Shown: positions 32,696 through 44,766, counted from the first letter of the stretch. The stretch is DNA of 64,000 bases from an uncultured Nitrososphaeraceae archaeon (GCA_963765895.1 CAVXZB010000023.1:192001-256000), one strand, 5' to 3'. Numbers and translations: made by a program. The notes: generated from the sequence alone by a model not told the origin.

Positions 32696-33112
32696 TTGAA
32701 ATTGAAATCTGGTCTTTCAGGGGAAAAAAACACAGTTCATGAAAAGGCGGCTCAAATAAGCAATTCTAATGGCAATTCATGGTTTGCCGACTTACAAAAG
32801 TTGTCTGGAGATGAACTGATGCGTATATACAATATTATTAAAGGTGGGGACTATGATTTCGCAAAAGATGCATGGTATAACCCTCTGGAAATTGATAAGA
32901 GGTGTCCTATCATGGTTGCTAAGGGTTATAGAACACCTGACACTCCTGAAAAGATGATTAAATTTCAAGATACTGCAAAGATACTACAAGATGAATTTCG
33001 TGCCTTTATAGATGCGTGGGACTTTGGTATTATATCAGTACACCAGATTGAGACCGCCATATTACACCTTCTCGAAGGTGCTAGTATAGAAATCACAGAA
33101 TATGCTGCATAG
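32696..33112 (+). CDS. Hypothetical protein
   Basis: 138-aa ORF after a very AT-rich spacer. Confidence 0.6.
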   Translation: MKLKSGLSGEKNTVHEKAAQISNSNGNSWFADLQKLSGDELMRIYNIIKGGDYDFAKDAWYNPLEIDKRCPIMVAKGYRTPDTPEKMIKFQDTAKILQDEFRAFIDAWDFGIISVHQIETAILHLLEGASIEITEYAA

Positions 33113-33236
33113 ATGGTGATGCCAGGTTTTCTCTGGATTAATTATGCCGAATCCATTCAAGTGAACTAAAAATCTTGAACAAACAGCATTCTGGTTAGGA
33201 ATCCATATATGGGACATTGCTGTATGACCGGAGACA

Positions 33237-34625
33237 GTGGGATCGGCAGATTACAAAGGGAAGGCATCTGAACTACTGATTGAGAACGATATCAAGATAG
33301 GACAGAGTATCAATATACATACTAACAATGGAAAGTATTCTGGAATCTTGCTTCCTCGCTACGAGTTGTTTGATGACAACCATGTTGTTATCAAACTAAG
33401 GAATGGCTACAATATCGGTATAAATTTGACAAAAATAAGGTCTATTGAGAAAGGTAATTCCGATTCTCAGTATGATGTATACAAATTTAGAAAAGACTCA
33501 CACAATTTAATTCAAACAATAGACCGAGCCGACTCTAGCGATCAAGATAAAGCCGAAGGTAAACTTCCCAAAGTTGCGCTTATTAGTACCGGTGGTACCA
33601 TAGGCAGCAAGATTGACTACAGGACTGGAGGTGTTACCTCTGTTCTATCCGCATCTGATCTATATTTGTCAGTACCAGAAATTTCTAAATACGCGTCGGT
33701 AGATACCGACGCGTTACTAAATGAATACAGCGAAAATTTGAGGCCAGAACACTGGACTCTGATGGCAAATAAGATAATTGAAAAGGCTAACATGGGAATC
33801 TACAGAGGAATCATTTTGTCACATGGAACTGACACTATGCATTATTCATCTGCGACTCTAAGTTTTGCTCTCCGTAATATACCCATACCAGTCATACTAA
33901 CCGGAGCTCAAAGATCTTCTGACAGACCGTCATCTGATGCCGCCATTAACTTGATAGGGGCAACCAAATTTGCTGTAGAATCAGAGTATTCTGGAGTCTT
34001 CGTTCTAATGCATGCTGACGTTTCCGATAATCTATTAGCATGTCACCTAGGCACGCGAGTTCGAAAAAACCATACCAGCAGTCGCGATGCATTCGAATCG
34101 ATTGATATCAAACCTGTCGCGCTAATCAATGGAGAAAATATCAAAATGCAACATAATCCTACACTAGAGTTACAAAGACGTAAGGATGCAAATTATTCTT
34201 CGTACAAAACATCTTTTGATAGACACGTAATTTTGCTTAAATTTTATCCTGGGTTCGAACCCGCGCTCATTTCACATGTGGTACAAAGTGGCTATAAGGC
34301 CATAATCTTTGAAGGAACAGGTCTCGGTCATGTGGGTGGAGAGTGCATTGCACCATTAAAACAGGCAATCGATTCGGGGATGATGATATTCATGACTTCG
34401 CAATGTATCTGGGGAAGAGTTAATATGAATGTGTATGAGACTGGAAGAGATCTACTCCAAATTGGGGTCGTACCATTGTCAGATATGACATCTGAAACTG
34501 CGTTGGTAAAGGCAATGTGGATATTGGCAGATAATCAACGTTACGAGGACATGAAAAGATTGATGCAAGAAAATATATGTAATGAAATATCTTCTGTTAG
34601 CCCTATACAAACAGATAAGAAATAA
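33237..34625 (+). CDS. gatD: Glu-tRNA(Gln) amidotransferase subunit D
   Basis: KLRNGYNIG, TGGTIGSKIDYRTG, HGTDT, GAQRSSDRPSSD. Confidence 0.97.
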   Translation: MGSADYKGKASELLIENDIKIGQSINIHTNNGKYSGILLPRYELFDDNHVVIKLRNGYNIGINLTKIRSIEKGNSDSQYDVYKFRKDSHNLIQTIDRADSSDQDKAEGKLPKVALISTGGTIGSKIDYRTGGVTSVLSASDLYLSVPEISKYASVDTDALLNEYSENLRPEHWTLMANKIIEKANMGIYRGIILSHGTDTMHYSSATLSFALRNIPIPVILTGAQRSSDRPSSDAAINLIGATKFAVESEYSGVFVLMHADVSDNLLACHLGTRVRKNHTSSRDAFESIDIKPVALINGENIKMQHNPTLELQRRKDANYSSYKTSFDRHVILLKFYPGFEPALISHVVQSGYKAIIFEGTGLGHVGGECIAPLKQAIDSGMMIFMTSQCIWGRVNMNVYETGRDLLQIGVVPLSDMTSETALVKAMWILADNQRYEDMKRLMQENICNEISSVSPIQTDKK

Positions 34626-34652
34626 AAGACTTCAATTACTTTCGTACTTCAA

Positions 34653-36560
34653 GTGTTAACAAATCCACTAACGATAAATTTAAAAGTTGGCTTGGAAATT
34701 CACCAACAACTTGCTACAGGAACTAAGCTCTTCTGTCAGTGCGATTGCAATGAGAACGAAGAGTATACCCTAGTGCTTTCACGAAGTTTAAGGCCTGCCC
34801 AAAGCGAACTGGGAATAGTCGATCCAGCTGCATTATTTGAATTTAAAAAGATTCAATCTGTAAAGTATCATGCAGCGAACAGAACGAGCTGTTTAGTAGA
34901 AGCTGATGAAGAACCACCACATCAGGTAAATAGGGATGCTCTTGAATCCGCTCTAATTTTTTCTATGGCACTCAATTCGGACATCTTTGATGAAATTCAC
35001 GTAATGCGCAAAATAGTCATAGATGGATCAAATACAGGCGGGTTTCAGCGAACCATGTTAATTTCTATGGGTGGATTTATCGAAGTTAATGGGAAGAAGA
35101 CTGGCGTTCAAAGCATATGCCTCGAAGAGGACGCTGCAAAGTTGATATCAGATAATAATAACCTAAGGGAATATGGACTCGATAGATTAGGGATACCATT
35201 GGTCGAGATCGCACTTGAACCAATCTCCGGTACCCCGCAAGAAGTTATGCAACTAGCACTGGGCTTGGGCAGAATATTAAGGTCAAGTAAAAGAGTGGCC
35301 CGAGGCATAGGAAGCATAAGACAAGACGTCAATATCTCAATAGAAAATGGTCGAGTTGTGGAAATAAAAGGTGTACAAAAATTAGAACAGTTAGTCAAAG
35401 TCATTGAATATGAAGTAATTAGGCAACATGGTTTAATGATTATTGCGAATATACTGAAAAATGAGAGAGGAATTGCAGAAATAAGAATTGATAAAAGGAT
35501 AGTCGATGTCACTGATATCCTAAGAACATCATCCTCTAAAAAAATCCTTGATTCACTTAAGAATCAAAATACAGTATATAAGGCCATTAAAATAGAAGGT
35601 TTTTCTGGAATACTCGGGTATGAACCGTACGACAAAATTAGATTGGGTAAGGAATTGAGTCAAATCGTTCGCTTCTACGGTATTGGCGGAATATTTCATT
35701 CCGATGAGCTTCCAGGTTATGGAATCTCGAAGGAAGACGTCGACAACATAAGAAAAAAACTTGAAATAAGGTCTACAGATGATGCATTCATAATAATTGG
35801 CGGGATCCTAGCAAATGTGTCATCTGCAATAATATCATTGATTCAGAGGCTAGAAGTTGTACTAGAAGGAGTTCCTGCGGAAACACGAGCTGCAACACAA
35901 AGTGGTGAAACCGTGTACATTAGACCTAGACCTGGATCCGCTAGAATGTACCCCGAAACCGATGTAGCTCCGATCAAAGTCGATAATCTGCTTCTTGACT
36001 CGCTACGTCAGAAGATTCCGCGGCCAATAGAAGAATACACAAATGAGCTAATTAGTAAATATGGATTAAACAAGAAACTTGCCGAAGAGATCTTTGATTC
36101 ACAATATCTAAATCTCTTTGAGAAGATTGTATCCTCAACGAAGATATCTCCTACTTTTGTAGCATCAAAATTGACAGAGGACATAACCAATCTAGAAAGA
36201 CAGGGATATGATAGTTCAATTCTAACCCAAGAAAAGTTGTTTGAGATCTTCAACGAGCTTGACGCCGGCAGAATCGCCAAGGAGTCAGTAACCTTACTTT
36301 ATCAGAAGCTCATGAGTCAAGAGATAAAAGATCTAAATGAATTCGAATCTGGAGTTGAAACTATGACAGAACAGCAGCTGGAAGAGGAAATCGATAGTAT
36401 CTTATGCAAACATCTAGATACAATAAAGGAGAAGGGCATGAACTCTATGGGCATGCTAATGGGGCGAACGATGGCTGTGCTTAGAGGTAAATCAGATGGT
36501 CATAAGATAAATGCACTCCTGAAACTGAAATTAGAGCAAATCTTGGCCTCCGAGAACTAA
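34653..36560 (+). CDS. gatE: Glu-tRNA(Gln) amidotransferase subunit E
   Basis: GLEIHQQL..KLFC, MRKIVIDGSNTGGFQRT, RPRPGSARMYPETD. Confidence 0.97.
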   Translation: MLTNPLTINLKVGLEIHQQLATGTKLFCQCDCNENEEYTLVLSRSLRPAQSELGIVDPAALFEFKKIQSVKYHAANRTSCLVEADEEPPHQVNRDALESALIFSMALNSDIFDEIHVMRKIVIDGSNTGGFQRTMLISMGGFIEVNGKKTGVQSICLEEDAAKLISDNNNLREYGLDRLGIPLVEIALEPISGTPQEVMQLALGLGRILRSSKRVARGIGSIRQDVNISIENGRVVEIKGVQKLEQLVKVIEYEVIRQHGLMIIANILKNERGIAEIRIDKRIVDVTDILRTSSSKKILDSLKNQNTVYKAIKIEGFSGILGYEPYDKIRLGKELSQIVRFYGIGGIFHSDELPGYGISKEDVDNIRKKLEIRSTDDAFIIIGGILANVSSAIISLIQRLEVVLEGVPAETRAATQSGETVYIRPRPGSARMYPETDVAPIKVDNLLLDSLRQKIPRPIEEYTNELISKYGLNKKLAEEIFDSQYLNLFEKIVSSTKISPTFVASKLTEDITNLERQGYDSSILTQEKLFEIFNELDAGRIAKESVTLLYQKLMSQEIKDLNEFESGVETMTEQQLEEEIDSILCKHLDTIKEKGMNSMGMLMGRTMAVLRGKSDGHKINALLKLKLEQILASEN

Positions 36561-37281
36561 TTCGCTCCACTACCAATTGAATATGATTCACGATAAATAA
36601 ATAACTGGTTGAATAGTATATCATATGATCTTTCTATAAAGATAATTCATGTACCGAATTGTCGAGTTGAGCTTCATTTTTTATTAATTAACTGGGTCGC
36701 TTACTATACAACATAAGCGTAGCGAAGAGCAGTCACAATATTATTCATGCAATTCTCGACCTATCATTGTTATTTTAAGCTGCGAAAATTCAATCTTTGC
36801 GACTTGAGGAACTATCCACTAAAGACTTGCAGGCTGAACCTATGCGCCTAGCAGCTAAATTATAGTAACGAATTTTGATACGATCTTAATGATAGTAATA
36901 AATAAGAACCGACTTTGATTGTTATATTATTTTCTATACCTTTGATTCTTCTATTTCCGTAAATGGGTGCGATCTTTGTCTGGATCCAGTTGAGATGTTA
37001 AGCGAGCTTTGTATATATTATCCTGCCAGAAATCCAATCATTGCACACTGGTCCTTTACCCAATTTGTTATATGAACTACTGTCATCTTTTTTCTTAACA
37101 ATCTTCCATGCAAAAAGTCAATTAAGTCAGTTACGGCATCCTAAATTATTAATTCGATACACACATCGCGAGGATTAAAATACTCGTCAAAATTATTGGA
37201 GAGTTTCAATGTCATTAGAAAATCAAGTCAATTTTGGCTCTATCATACGTAGCTGTAATAGTGGCATGTAATAGCGCCTTA

Positions 37282-38298
37282 TCAATAGTTATTTACACTG
37301 TTATAAGGTAAATCAAATTTTTTGTTTATGCTACCATAGAGATCATATATCCTTCCCCCTGCATAGTCGCTAACATAGTTCCACATGTCCGGGTTTACAG
37401 TCAGGGGTTCAAAGGCCAGTTTTTGTTTATCATCCAATAAATCATATACCATTTGACCTATCACTATTTGATCTGGCTTTGCTAGTCCAGTCATTTTTGT
37501 AGTAATATTGATAGTATAGCCAAGAGCATCGAGATGAGCCTTTTTCATTATAACCTTTCCATTTCTATTATATGTATCCCATCCATACTGGACAACTACA
37601 TTCTCACCAATGTCTATGCCAATTCTAACCTTCAGCTCGGGGTAGTCGTATTGGTTCAAAATGGGGTTTATACCTTCACGATTCACCTTTATCATCGAGC
37701 ATGCACAATTGACAGCATTGAGACAGGGCAAGTATGCGTTTATCTTGTAGCTTTCGTCTTTATCGTAATCAGGGACCACAAAGAAGGCCAAAATGGCATC
37801 ACCTACATATTTTAAAATATATCCCCCATAAGCCTCAATCAACATAGACATTTCTTGGGTAAATGCCTGGATTATCGTTGCTAACCTGTCTATAGGGAGC
37901 ATCATTGATAGCCTAGTTGATTCTACGAGGTCGATATAGAGGATTACAAATGTGACTTTGGATCCTTCGTAGCTTTCTAAAATATTCTGAGTTTCCTCCA
38001 TGGAAATATTAAACTGTGGTTTTACTTTTAGGGCCTGCCAGATTCTAGATTGTGCCTGTTTGATTGCCAAATCTACATTAACTATCGTATCAAGATAAAG
38101 ACCACTCAGCAACGGGGCATCTCTTTGCCTCTTCTTAGAATTCCTTTTGTTTGTCTTGTAGATATTAGTTTCATTAATTATAGCAATAATATCCTCCCGG
38201 TTCAAATCCATCTGCAATGCAATAACGTCTGGCGAAATTCCAGACTTGTACAAGTTAAGTATAGTTTCTCTTTGTTCTAATGATATATATGATATCAC
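37282..38298 (-). CDS. Class III nucleotide cyclase with N-terminal HTH
   Basis: YIDLVEST, LKYVGDA, RIGIDIG, DALGYTIN; N-terminal ILNLYKSGISPDVIALQMDLN. Confidence 0.88.
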   Translation of the reverse strand: MISYISLEQRETILNLYKSGISPDVIALQMDLNREDIIAIINETNIYKTNKRNSKKRQRDAPLLSGLYLDTIVNVDLAIKQAQSRIWQALKVKPQFNISMEETQNILESYEGSKVTFVILYIDLVESTRLSMMLPIDRLATIIQAFTQEMSMLIEAYGGYILKYVGDAILAFFVVPDYDKDESYKINAYLPCLNAVNCACSMIKVNREGINPILNQYDYPELKVRIGIDIGENVVVQYGWDTYNRNGKVIMKKAHLDALGYTINITTKMTGLAKPDQIVIGQMVYDLLDDKQKLAFEPLTVNPDMWNYVSDYAGGRIYDLYGSINKKFDLPYNSVNNY

Positions 38299-38994
38299 CT
38301 TATCGCTATAGTTGGATTTATGTCATTCAACATGTTTTACATTAACTAGACGCCTTCATATTATTATTGTGATGAGCCTATAGGCAAATCATTTACTAAC
38401 CAAGCCACAAATCTCAGTCACTATCGGAGCTCTTATGAAGATGGCCTTAATTTTGGCTGATATTTATCAAAACGTTTCGAAGATATATTGTCTAGCTGTT
38501 AGACAAAAACCCAGGGGTTTTTCTCATAGGATATAAATCGATGGGGCCATTTAAATTTGATTCGAAAAGAAGTATGCCATATTAGTATATTTATCATTAG
38601 TGTTATGTCCCAATCCCTTTTTCGGGATTAGATTTGCTTATAAACAGCCAAAGACACTTTCGGGTAGGAAGATATTTTCCTGAATTCAATTGTTATAGCC
38701 TTCGATTTTTTTATTTATAAATGACGATCACTCTCGTGTTAGTATGCATAGAGGATATATGTCCTATCAAGGATTACTATTACATTATACGAAACATTTC
38801 ATTAGCACCTCAGCTATGTCAAGGCTAACGAATTCCTCAAATCCCTAGGGACTTTTTTTATCACAATTCTGTTCCGAAACCCAAGTGAGAACATAATTCA
38901 AAATTATGCTTGACAGGCTGATCTTTTAAGCAAAGGATCTTAACATTTTTTGCTAACATACACAAAGACTCATATCCCAGGCATTTAGAAGGTC

Positions 38995-39369
38995 ATGTAC
39001 CTGATGCTAACGACCGCGCCAGATGACTTGACTAAAGCCAGGATCGTGTACATGATTTTGAATGGTAGAACTGAAGAAGCGTTAAATCAGCTTAGTAAAT
39101 TCTATAATATTAGCACTCCAGAAATAGTTGTTGGGACTATAAAAGGAAAAAGGAAGAGCGTATATGCTATATACGTTCAAAATAGCATGAAAATTTATGC
39201 CATTAACTCTGATATATTCTACAACCCTTTTGTTATATTGCATGAATTCTATCACCATTTAAGGACCAGGGGAGGAGTACACCGAGGAACTGAGAGGCAT
39301 GCGAACAGCTATGCCATGAGTTTCATATCTTCATATAACAATGTAGCCAGGAATAAATACCTAACATAA
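38995..39369 (+). CDS. Small zincin-like (HExxH) protein
   Basis: VILHEFYHH...ERHANSYA. Confidence 0.75.
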   Translation: MYLMLTTAPDDLTKARIVYMILNGRTEEALNQLSKFYNISTPEIVVGTIKGKRKSVYAIYVQNSMKIYAINSDIFYNPFVILHEFYHHLRTRGGVHRGTERHANSYAMSFISSYNNVARNKYLT

Positions 39370-39573
39370 GGTGTCAGACCTAGACTATAATTAATTACGG
39401 AGGGTCTAATCTGAAGTTCATGACTTTAAAGATTCTCTAGATAAACACCCACGATCCTTGTGTACCATTCCGCTTGAGGATTTCAATAATCATAATCATA
39501 TTATTAAGATGCATATTACCTAATTCGATTGAGAAATACATAAATGTGAAAATAAATACGCGAGATTATATAA

Positions 39574-41146
39574 TCAGCTTTTTGAAATGTTCTCGACTTC
39601 AGAATCTGCGCCTCCTTCATAAGTAAGTCCGAGAGCAGAAAGTACCCTTCGTCCAGCATTAGAGGAAGACAATCGAGAAATTATATCGCTAACTCTGATC
39701 ATATATTCTTCTCTTTGTTTGTCTGGTGAATCGTAGCGCAAAATTAATTCTCCCTTTATGGGGCTTTTTACCATTAACATTTGTATAACTGGCTCAAAAC
39801 CTGACGCTATTGATCTTAGAAACGAGACTACTAAATCTTCGTGATACGATAAGTGGCCATCTGGAGATTGATTGTTCGTTATAACAACTGCTTCTTTGTC
39901 ATCAACTGTAATTGAATAAAGCCTAACGTACGATGATACTGAACGAATGTCTAATAACTGTTGCAGTTTCTCCTCAAGTTTACTTCCCATAATCATGATT
40001 CGTGTAATATCAGTAGCTCTGTGGAACTCCTTTTGAAGTAAGTCTATCCGGCGGTTTTCCTTTTCATTAATATACTCTACTCTCGGGACTCTACCCTCAG
40101 CTATAAGTTGTTCATAATTAGATGAGCTCTCGTTTACAGAAGGATCTGTTCCGCCAGCATGGAGGTCATTTAAGTCGTATTCAATTTTTATTACTTTGTT
40201 TGTGGGCCTCGATTCAGCAGAAAGTATGACTGATAAGGACCTTCCACCTTCTAACTTTGTATACGTCATATAATAATTCTCGACTGAGACCATTTCTGGC
40301 TCTCTTTCAGAATCATGTTGATAGTCATTTGAATGGCCTAATCTAAAGGATCTCCTCAATTTCTCTGAAATAGAGGTTTTAAAACCTATTGGAATTGATA
40401 TCTGATCTATTTCTAAATCAATTACCTTTCTGTCGTTTTTCCAAAAACTTGCAGTCGATGCATCAACATAAAATGAGTATGAAACTGATGAGGTTTGGGT
40501 ATTACCGTACTCCTCGGCTGTCCCCAACGTGATTTCAGTTGACCTAGAGATCCTATAGCCTTCACCAACATCTTCAACCTTTGCGATCAATACATTCGTA
40601 GCACGAGAGATAAGCATGTTTGGCAGATTGTTTTTATCCTTAGATAACCATGCTTGTAAAAGTATCACAGAGCTCATATAGAAATCATCCCTCTTCGATC
40701 CGAGATATGTTTTGTATTCGTCAAAACTGGTGATACACTCTCTTTCTACATCGGTGATTGACCGTACCATAGAATTTTTAACTTTAAGAAATGGCTCAGC
40801 ACCTACTTGATCCGGAAAGTATACTTTGGCCAATTTTTCATAGAACTCATTAAAAAATGTATCCATTTCTGCTTCGCAGGAGGTCTTGAATTGATTTATC
40901 TTTACATTCACTGATTCTCGCAAAATTTCCGTATTCTTTAATAGAAAATTCAATTTAGCCACGTTTCCATGAATTTGTAGTACATGTATCTGAGATAGAA
41001 ACGAAATCCTTCAACATATCTATTATATTCTTGTTCTCCGCATACGGCGAATAATCTCCAAAAAGATAAGTTCCCTCAGTCTGACTGCTACCCTGAGAAG
41101 AGGTAGTAGACTCAACACTGTTCTGCTCTTTATTCTCGTATCCCAT
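39574..41146 (-). CDS. Large hypothetical protein (~520 aa); frameshift near 40970
   Basis: Abutting 63-aa and 462-aa ORFs that overlap by 8 nt. Confidence 0.7.
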
Positions 41147-41884
41147 TATTGCGTGGTATACATTTTCAATATATGAATTAAAGTATCATGCCCAATTCCA
41201 TTTTATCACCTGGTCTTATTGGTTGATTTTCTTGGACGTTTTTGTTTTATTTCTTGGTCTTTTTTGAGTCAATTTGCTCATTACATTGTATTTCAGGCGT
41301 CCCAACTTGTATTGTTTGACCGAAAATTTTATGTGATAAGTCAACGCGTGCTCGCTAGTTCCAGTGCTAGTCTCATATTCTAGCCTATCACATCTATATA
41401 ACTTGTAATATTTATAAGATTTATACTCAACATTAGGCTGTCCAGTATTTCTTGTAGTCATCAAGTAAAAATCTTATCTAAAGCAGAAATATAGCTAGTG
41501 ATACACACTAGGCAGTATTTCCCAATTTAGGAAATATCCGTGTTTAGATAGTACATACAATAACCTTTTACTTTTTAATGCTCATCAGCTAACGTACTAG
41601 TCCAAACAACAGTCGGTTTCCTCAAGCGGCAAATGCGGCCGATGAAATGGTCGTATGCCACTAACAGATGCTTGCACCTACCCAATCTAAAAATTGTCAT
41701 AGATTTGAATGGAGTATTACTCGAAGCTGATTTCTTTTACATAAAATACTTTCATAGCTAGATTTCTTAAGATTGTATAATTCTTTAATCCATGTAGAAT
41801 CTACACGGAGTTTGAACGTGACAAAAATTAGAGCGATTGCATGAGTAAAAGGCTTTAATTAATCAACATACAGGATACTATTAG

Positions 41885-42475
41885 TTGATATTAATGCATA
41901 AAATTTATTTTGTTTCTGGTGCCTTCTTATTGATAATAATAACAATCTTTCTAGCTAATGTCGAGAGCAATGCAGGATCAAACAGTGGGAACATTAAGAG
42001 AGTACAAAATGAAATTTCAACCAATGAAGCACAAACATCCAATTCGCAGAAGCAGATCGGAATTTCAATCGCAAATCTAACCGTCGAGAGGATTAATAAC
42101 AATGATTCAAATGTTCATCTTATATTTGATGTTACCAATCCCACCAAAGGAACCATAATTTTGGAAGAAATTCATTATAATCTAATAGTAAAAAATACTA
42201 AATTGCTCTCAGGAACTATAGGACAAAAGCTGGAGGGTTTCTTGACCCCATCTGCAGATATATATCCTATTATTGGTAATGGCTCCATAATGCTAAAGGA
42301 TAAGAAGATAGTCGATCGTCGCAACTTTAATTCAACTATCTGGAATAACTTTGATCAGGGGAAGACTAATACTATAATAAATGGTACAATTTCCTACAAA
42401 ACTACTGTAGGATTAGAATCTAATAGATCCGAAAAGGACTTCCGGTTTAGGGTTCCTGCCCATCATAATCTCTAA
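41885..42475 (+). CDS. Membrane-anchored LEA_2/WHy-like beta-sandwich protein
   Basis: N-terminal TM; FDVTNPT..IILEEIHYNL..GTI motif. Confidence 0.65.
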   Translation: MILMHKIYFVSGAFLLIIITIFLANVESNAGSNSGNIKRVQNEISTNEAQTSNSQKQIGISIANLTVERINNNDSNVHLIFDVTNPTKGTIILEEIHYNLIVKNTKLLSGTIGQKLEGFLTPSADIYPIIGNGSIMLKDKKIVDRRNFNSTIWNNFDQGKTNTIINGTISYKTTVGLESNRSEKDFRFRVPAHHNL

Positions 42476-42858
42476 TAGTATGACCTTTTCTGCAAGTATA
42501 TCCGTACTTTTAATGATTTGCATGTCGTTAATCTAGAAGATAATATGTGAATATTCCTAATCTTGTTCTGTCTTACATCAGTATTCAGACCCAATTTGTT
42601 ATGTGGATTAATTCCACTAAACAGTGATCAGATCTAGTCCCAGAAATGATGTAGGGCTAAGATAATCTGCAGATGTTAGGAAAATTTCATAGGGATTTCT
42701 CTTGATAGTTTGCTACCACGTCGGAATGATAGTCCAACATATCTTTCGGAATAAGAATAGATTATACCAATTTGCCTAATTTGACGCGAGACTAATGGGA
42801 AGGCACTGGACTATTATTATGATTATTATTATTGTTATTATTTATTGTTATTATTATC

Positions 42859-42889
42859 TTTGCAGTACACGGCTGAACTGCAAAAAAAA
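42859..42889. terminator. Hairpin with A/T run downstream of gabD
   Basis: tttgcagt-acacggctga-actgcaaaaaaaa. Confidence 0.45.
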
Positions 42890-42971
42890 GTGTTGATCTT
42901 TATAATCAGTAGACAGTTAATGATCCAAAAAATCAATGGATTCCAAACAAGTATCAAGCAATAGCCAGGTC

Positions 42972-44375
42972 TTACTCTACAAGTATTTTGCTTGCCAAGT
43001 CTTTAACTGCGACTGACTTTATATTAACAAATTCTTTGATACCGAATTCAGATAGCTCTCTACCAATACCAGAATATTTGACCCCTCCAAATGGTAGCCG
43101 AGGGTCTGATCGAACCATCTCGTTAACCCTCACTATACCACTTTGGATCTGTCTTGCCAATCTGACTCCCTTTTCCAAATCGTTCGTCCAAATACTTGCC
43201 CCTAAGCCAAATTCAGAATTGTTTGCCTCTTGAATTGCCTCAGATTCATTATTTACGATTATAACTGGAGCTGCAGGCCCAAACACTTCTTCTCTTACAA
43301 CGGCCATATCTGAGCTTACATTGGATATTACGGTTGGTTCATAGAAATAACCATTACCTGAAATTTTCTTTCCTCCTGTTAAAATCTCTGCCCCCTTAGC
43401 TTTAGCGTCTTCTACCTGTTTTTCTAAAGCTTGTCTTTGAGTATCTCTGACTAATGGGCCAACAGTAGTTTTGGGATTCATTGGGTCTCCCACTACTTCG
43501 CTTCTCGTATTTTCCACAAACAGTCTTAGGAACTTTTCTGCAACGTCCTTTACTACAATGAATCTCTTTGCTGCAATACAGCTCTGCCCGGTATTTAAGA
43601 GTCTAGACTGCGCAGCGAGTTGTGCAGTTTGAATTAGGTCGGCATCCTCCAACACAATAAAAGGATCGCTACCTCCCAATTCCAAGACATACTTTTTTAA
43701 ACCCTTAGACGCAAGTTCTCCTATACGTCTCCCCGTTTCAACGCTCCCTGTCACTGATACTGCATCAACTCCAGGAGCTTGGACTAATGCCTCTCCAGCT
43801 CTATAATCTCCGATAACCGCTTGAAATACATCTTCTGGAAATCCTGCATATTTAAAAGCTTTCTCTATCTCCAGCGCGCTCCCAAGACATACGCTAGAAT
43901 GCTTCAGTATTCCTACATTGCCTGCAATCAGTGCTGGAATTGCATATCGCATAACCTGCCAGAAAGGAAAGTTCCATGGCATGATGCCAGCGATAACGCC
44001 TAAAGGTTCAAAAGACACAAAGCTCTTGCGAAATTCTGTTGGAATTATTTCATCTCTAAGAAATGATTCTGCATGTTCAGCATAATAATCACATAGCCAT
44101 TCGCATTTGTCAATTTCGGCTGCTGACTGCTTGATGGGTTTACCCATTTCCTGAGTCACAAGAGTGGAATATGATTCCTTATTTTTCCTAAGCACTTTCA
44201 CCAGATTTCTGATATAATCGCAACGTTCCGTTATCTCCTTTCTTCTCCAAGACTCAAATGCGATCCTGGATTTTTTAACAATTTGAGATATCTGTGCCGC
44301 ATCCATAACATCAAAAGTGCCAACTATATCTTCGGTAGCAGGATTGATTGTCTGAATTTTGCTATTGTTGGACAT
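42972..44375 (-). CDS. gabD: NAD(P)-dependent aldehyde dehydrogenase, succinate-semialdehyde dehydrogenase type
   Basis: MPWNFPFWQ, TGS, LELGGSDP, GQSCIAAKR, EEVFGP, PFGGVKYSG. Confidence 0.9.
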   Translation of the reverse strand: MSNNSKIQTINPATEDIVGTFDVMDAAQISQIVKKSRIAFESWRRKEITERCDYIRNLVKVLRKNKESYSTLVTQEMGKPIKQSAAEIDKCEWLCDYYAEHAESFLRDEIIPTEFRKSFVSFEPLGVIAGIMPWNFPFWQVMRYAIPALIAGNVGILKHSSVCLGSALEIEKAFKYAGFPEDVFQAVIGDYRAGEALVQAPGVDAVSVTGSVETGRRIGELASKGLKKYVLELGGSDPFIVLEDADLIQTAQLAAQSRLLNTGQSCIAAKRFIVVKDVAEKFLRLFVENTRSEVVGDPMNPKTTVGPLVRDTQRQALEKQVEDAKAKGAEILTGGKKISGNGYFYEPTVISNVSSDMAVVREEVFGPAAPVIIVNNESEAIQEANNSEFGLGASIWTNDLEKGVRLARQIQSGIVRVNEMVRSDPRLPFGGVKYSGIGRELSEFGIKEFVNIKSVAVKDLASKILVE

Positions 44376-44766
44376 ATTTGTATATCTACGAGTCTCTCTA
44401 TATTATCTAATCTGCTCGACATTGATTATCAGATGAAATCTCGAAATGGGTATTTCCTATGGGATGTAGCCGTCTAGAATTATGCCCTATAAATGGATAA
44501 GCTCGATTATTGCATTTTCTGGAAGAATCCTTTGACTCAACAAATTATAAAATTAATTGATAGGTGTCAATTATCTGTTCTATTATTCGGATAGATGACA
44601 CAACCTGAGCCTTTATCTCTAACTTCAGCATACTATTCCTCTCAAAAAAAGTCATGGGTACTTGTTATAAATAATAGACCAGATAAAATATCGACAGAAA
44701 TTAAATACGATCACATTTATTATACTATCTTACAAACTCTCTATTAAAAATGCAGTCCTCTCTGTT

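Noticed and set aside
36950-37121. Possible small frameshifted ORF on minus strand (WKIVKKKDD...PVCND)
   Set aside because: Requires two edits and has no diagnostic motif.
42812-42857. (TTA)n-like tracts, also near 13466 and 50495
   Set aside because: Ordinary AT-rich microsatellites near gene 3' ends.
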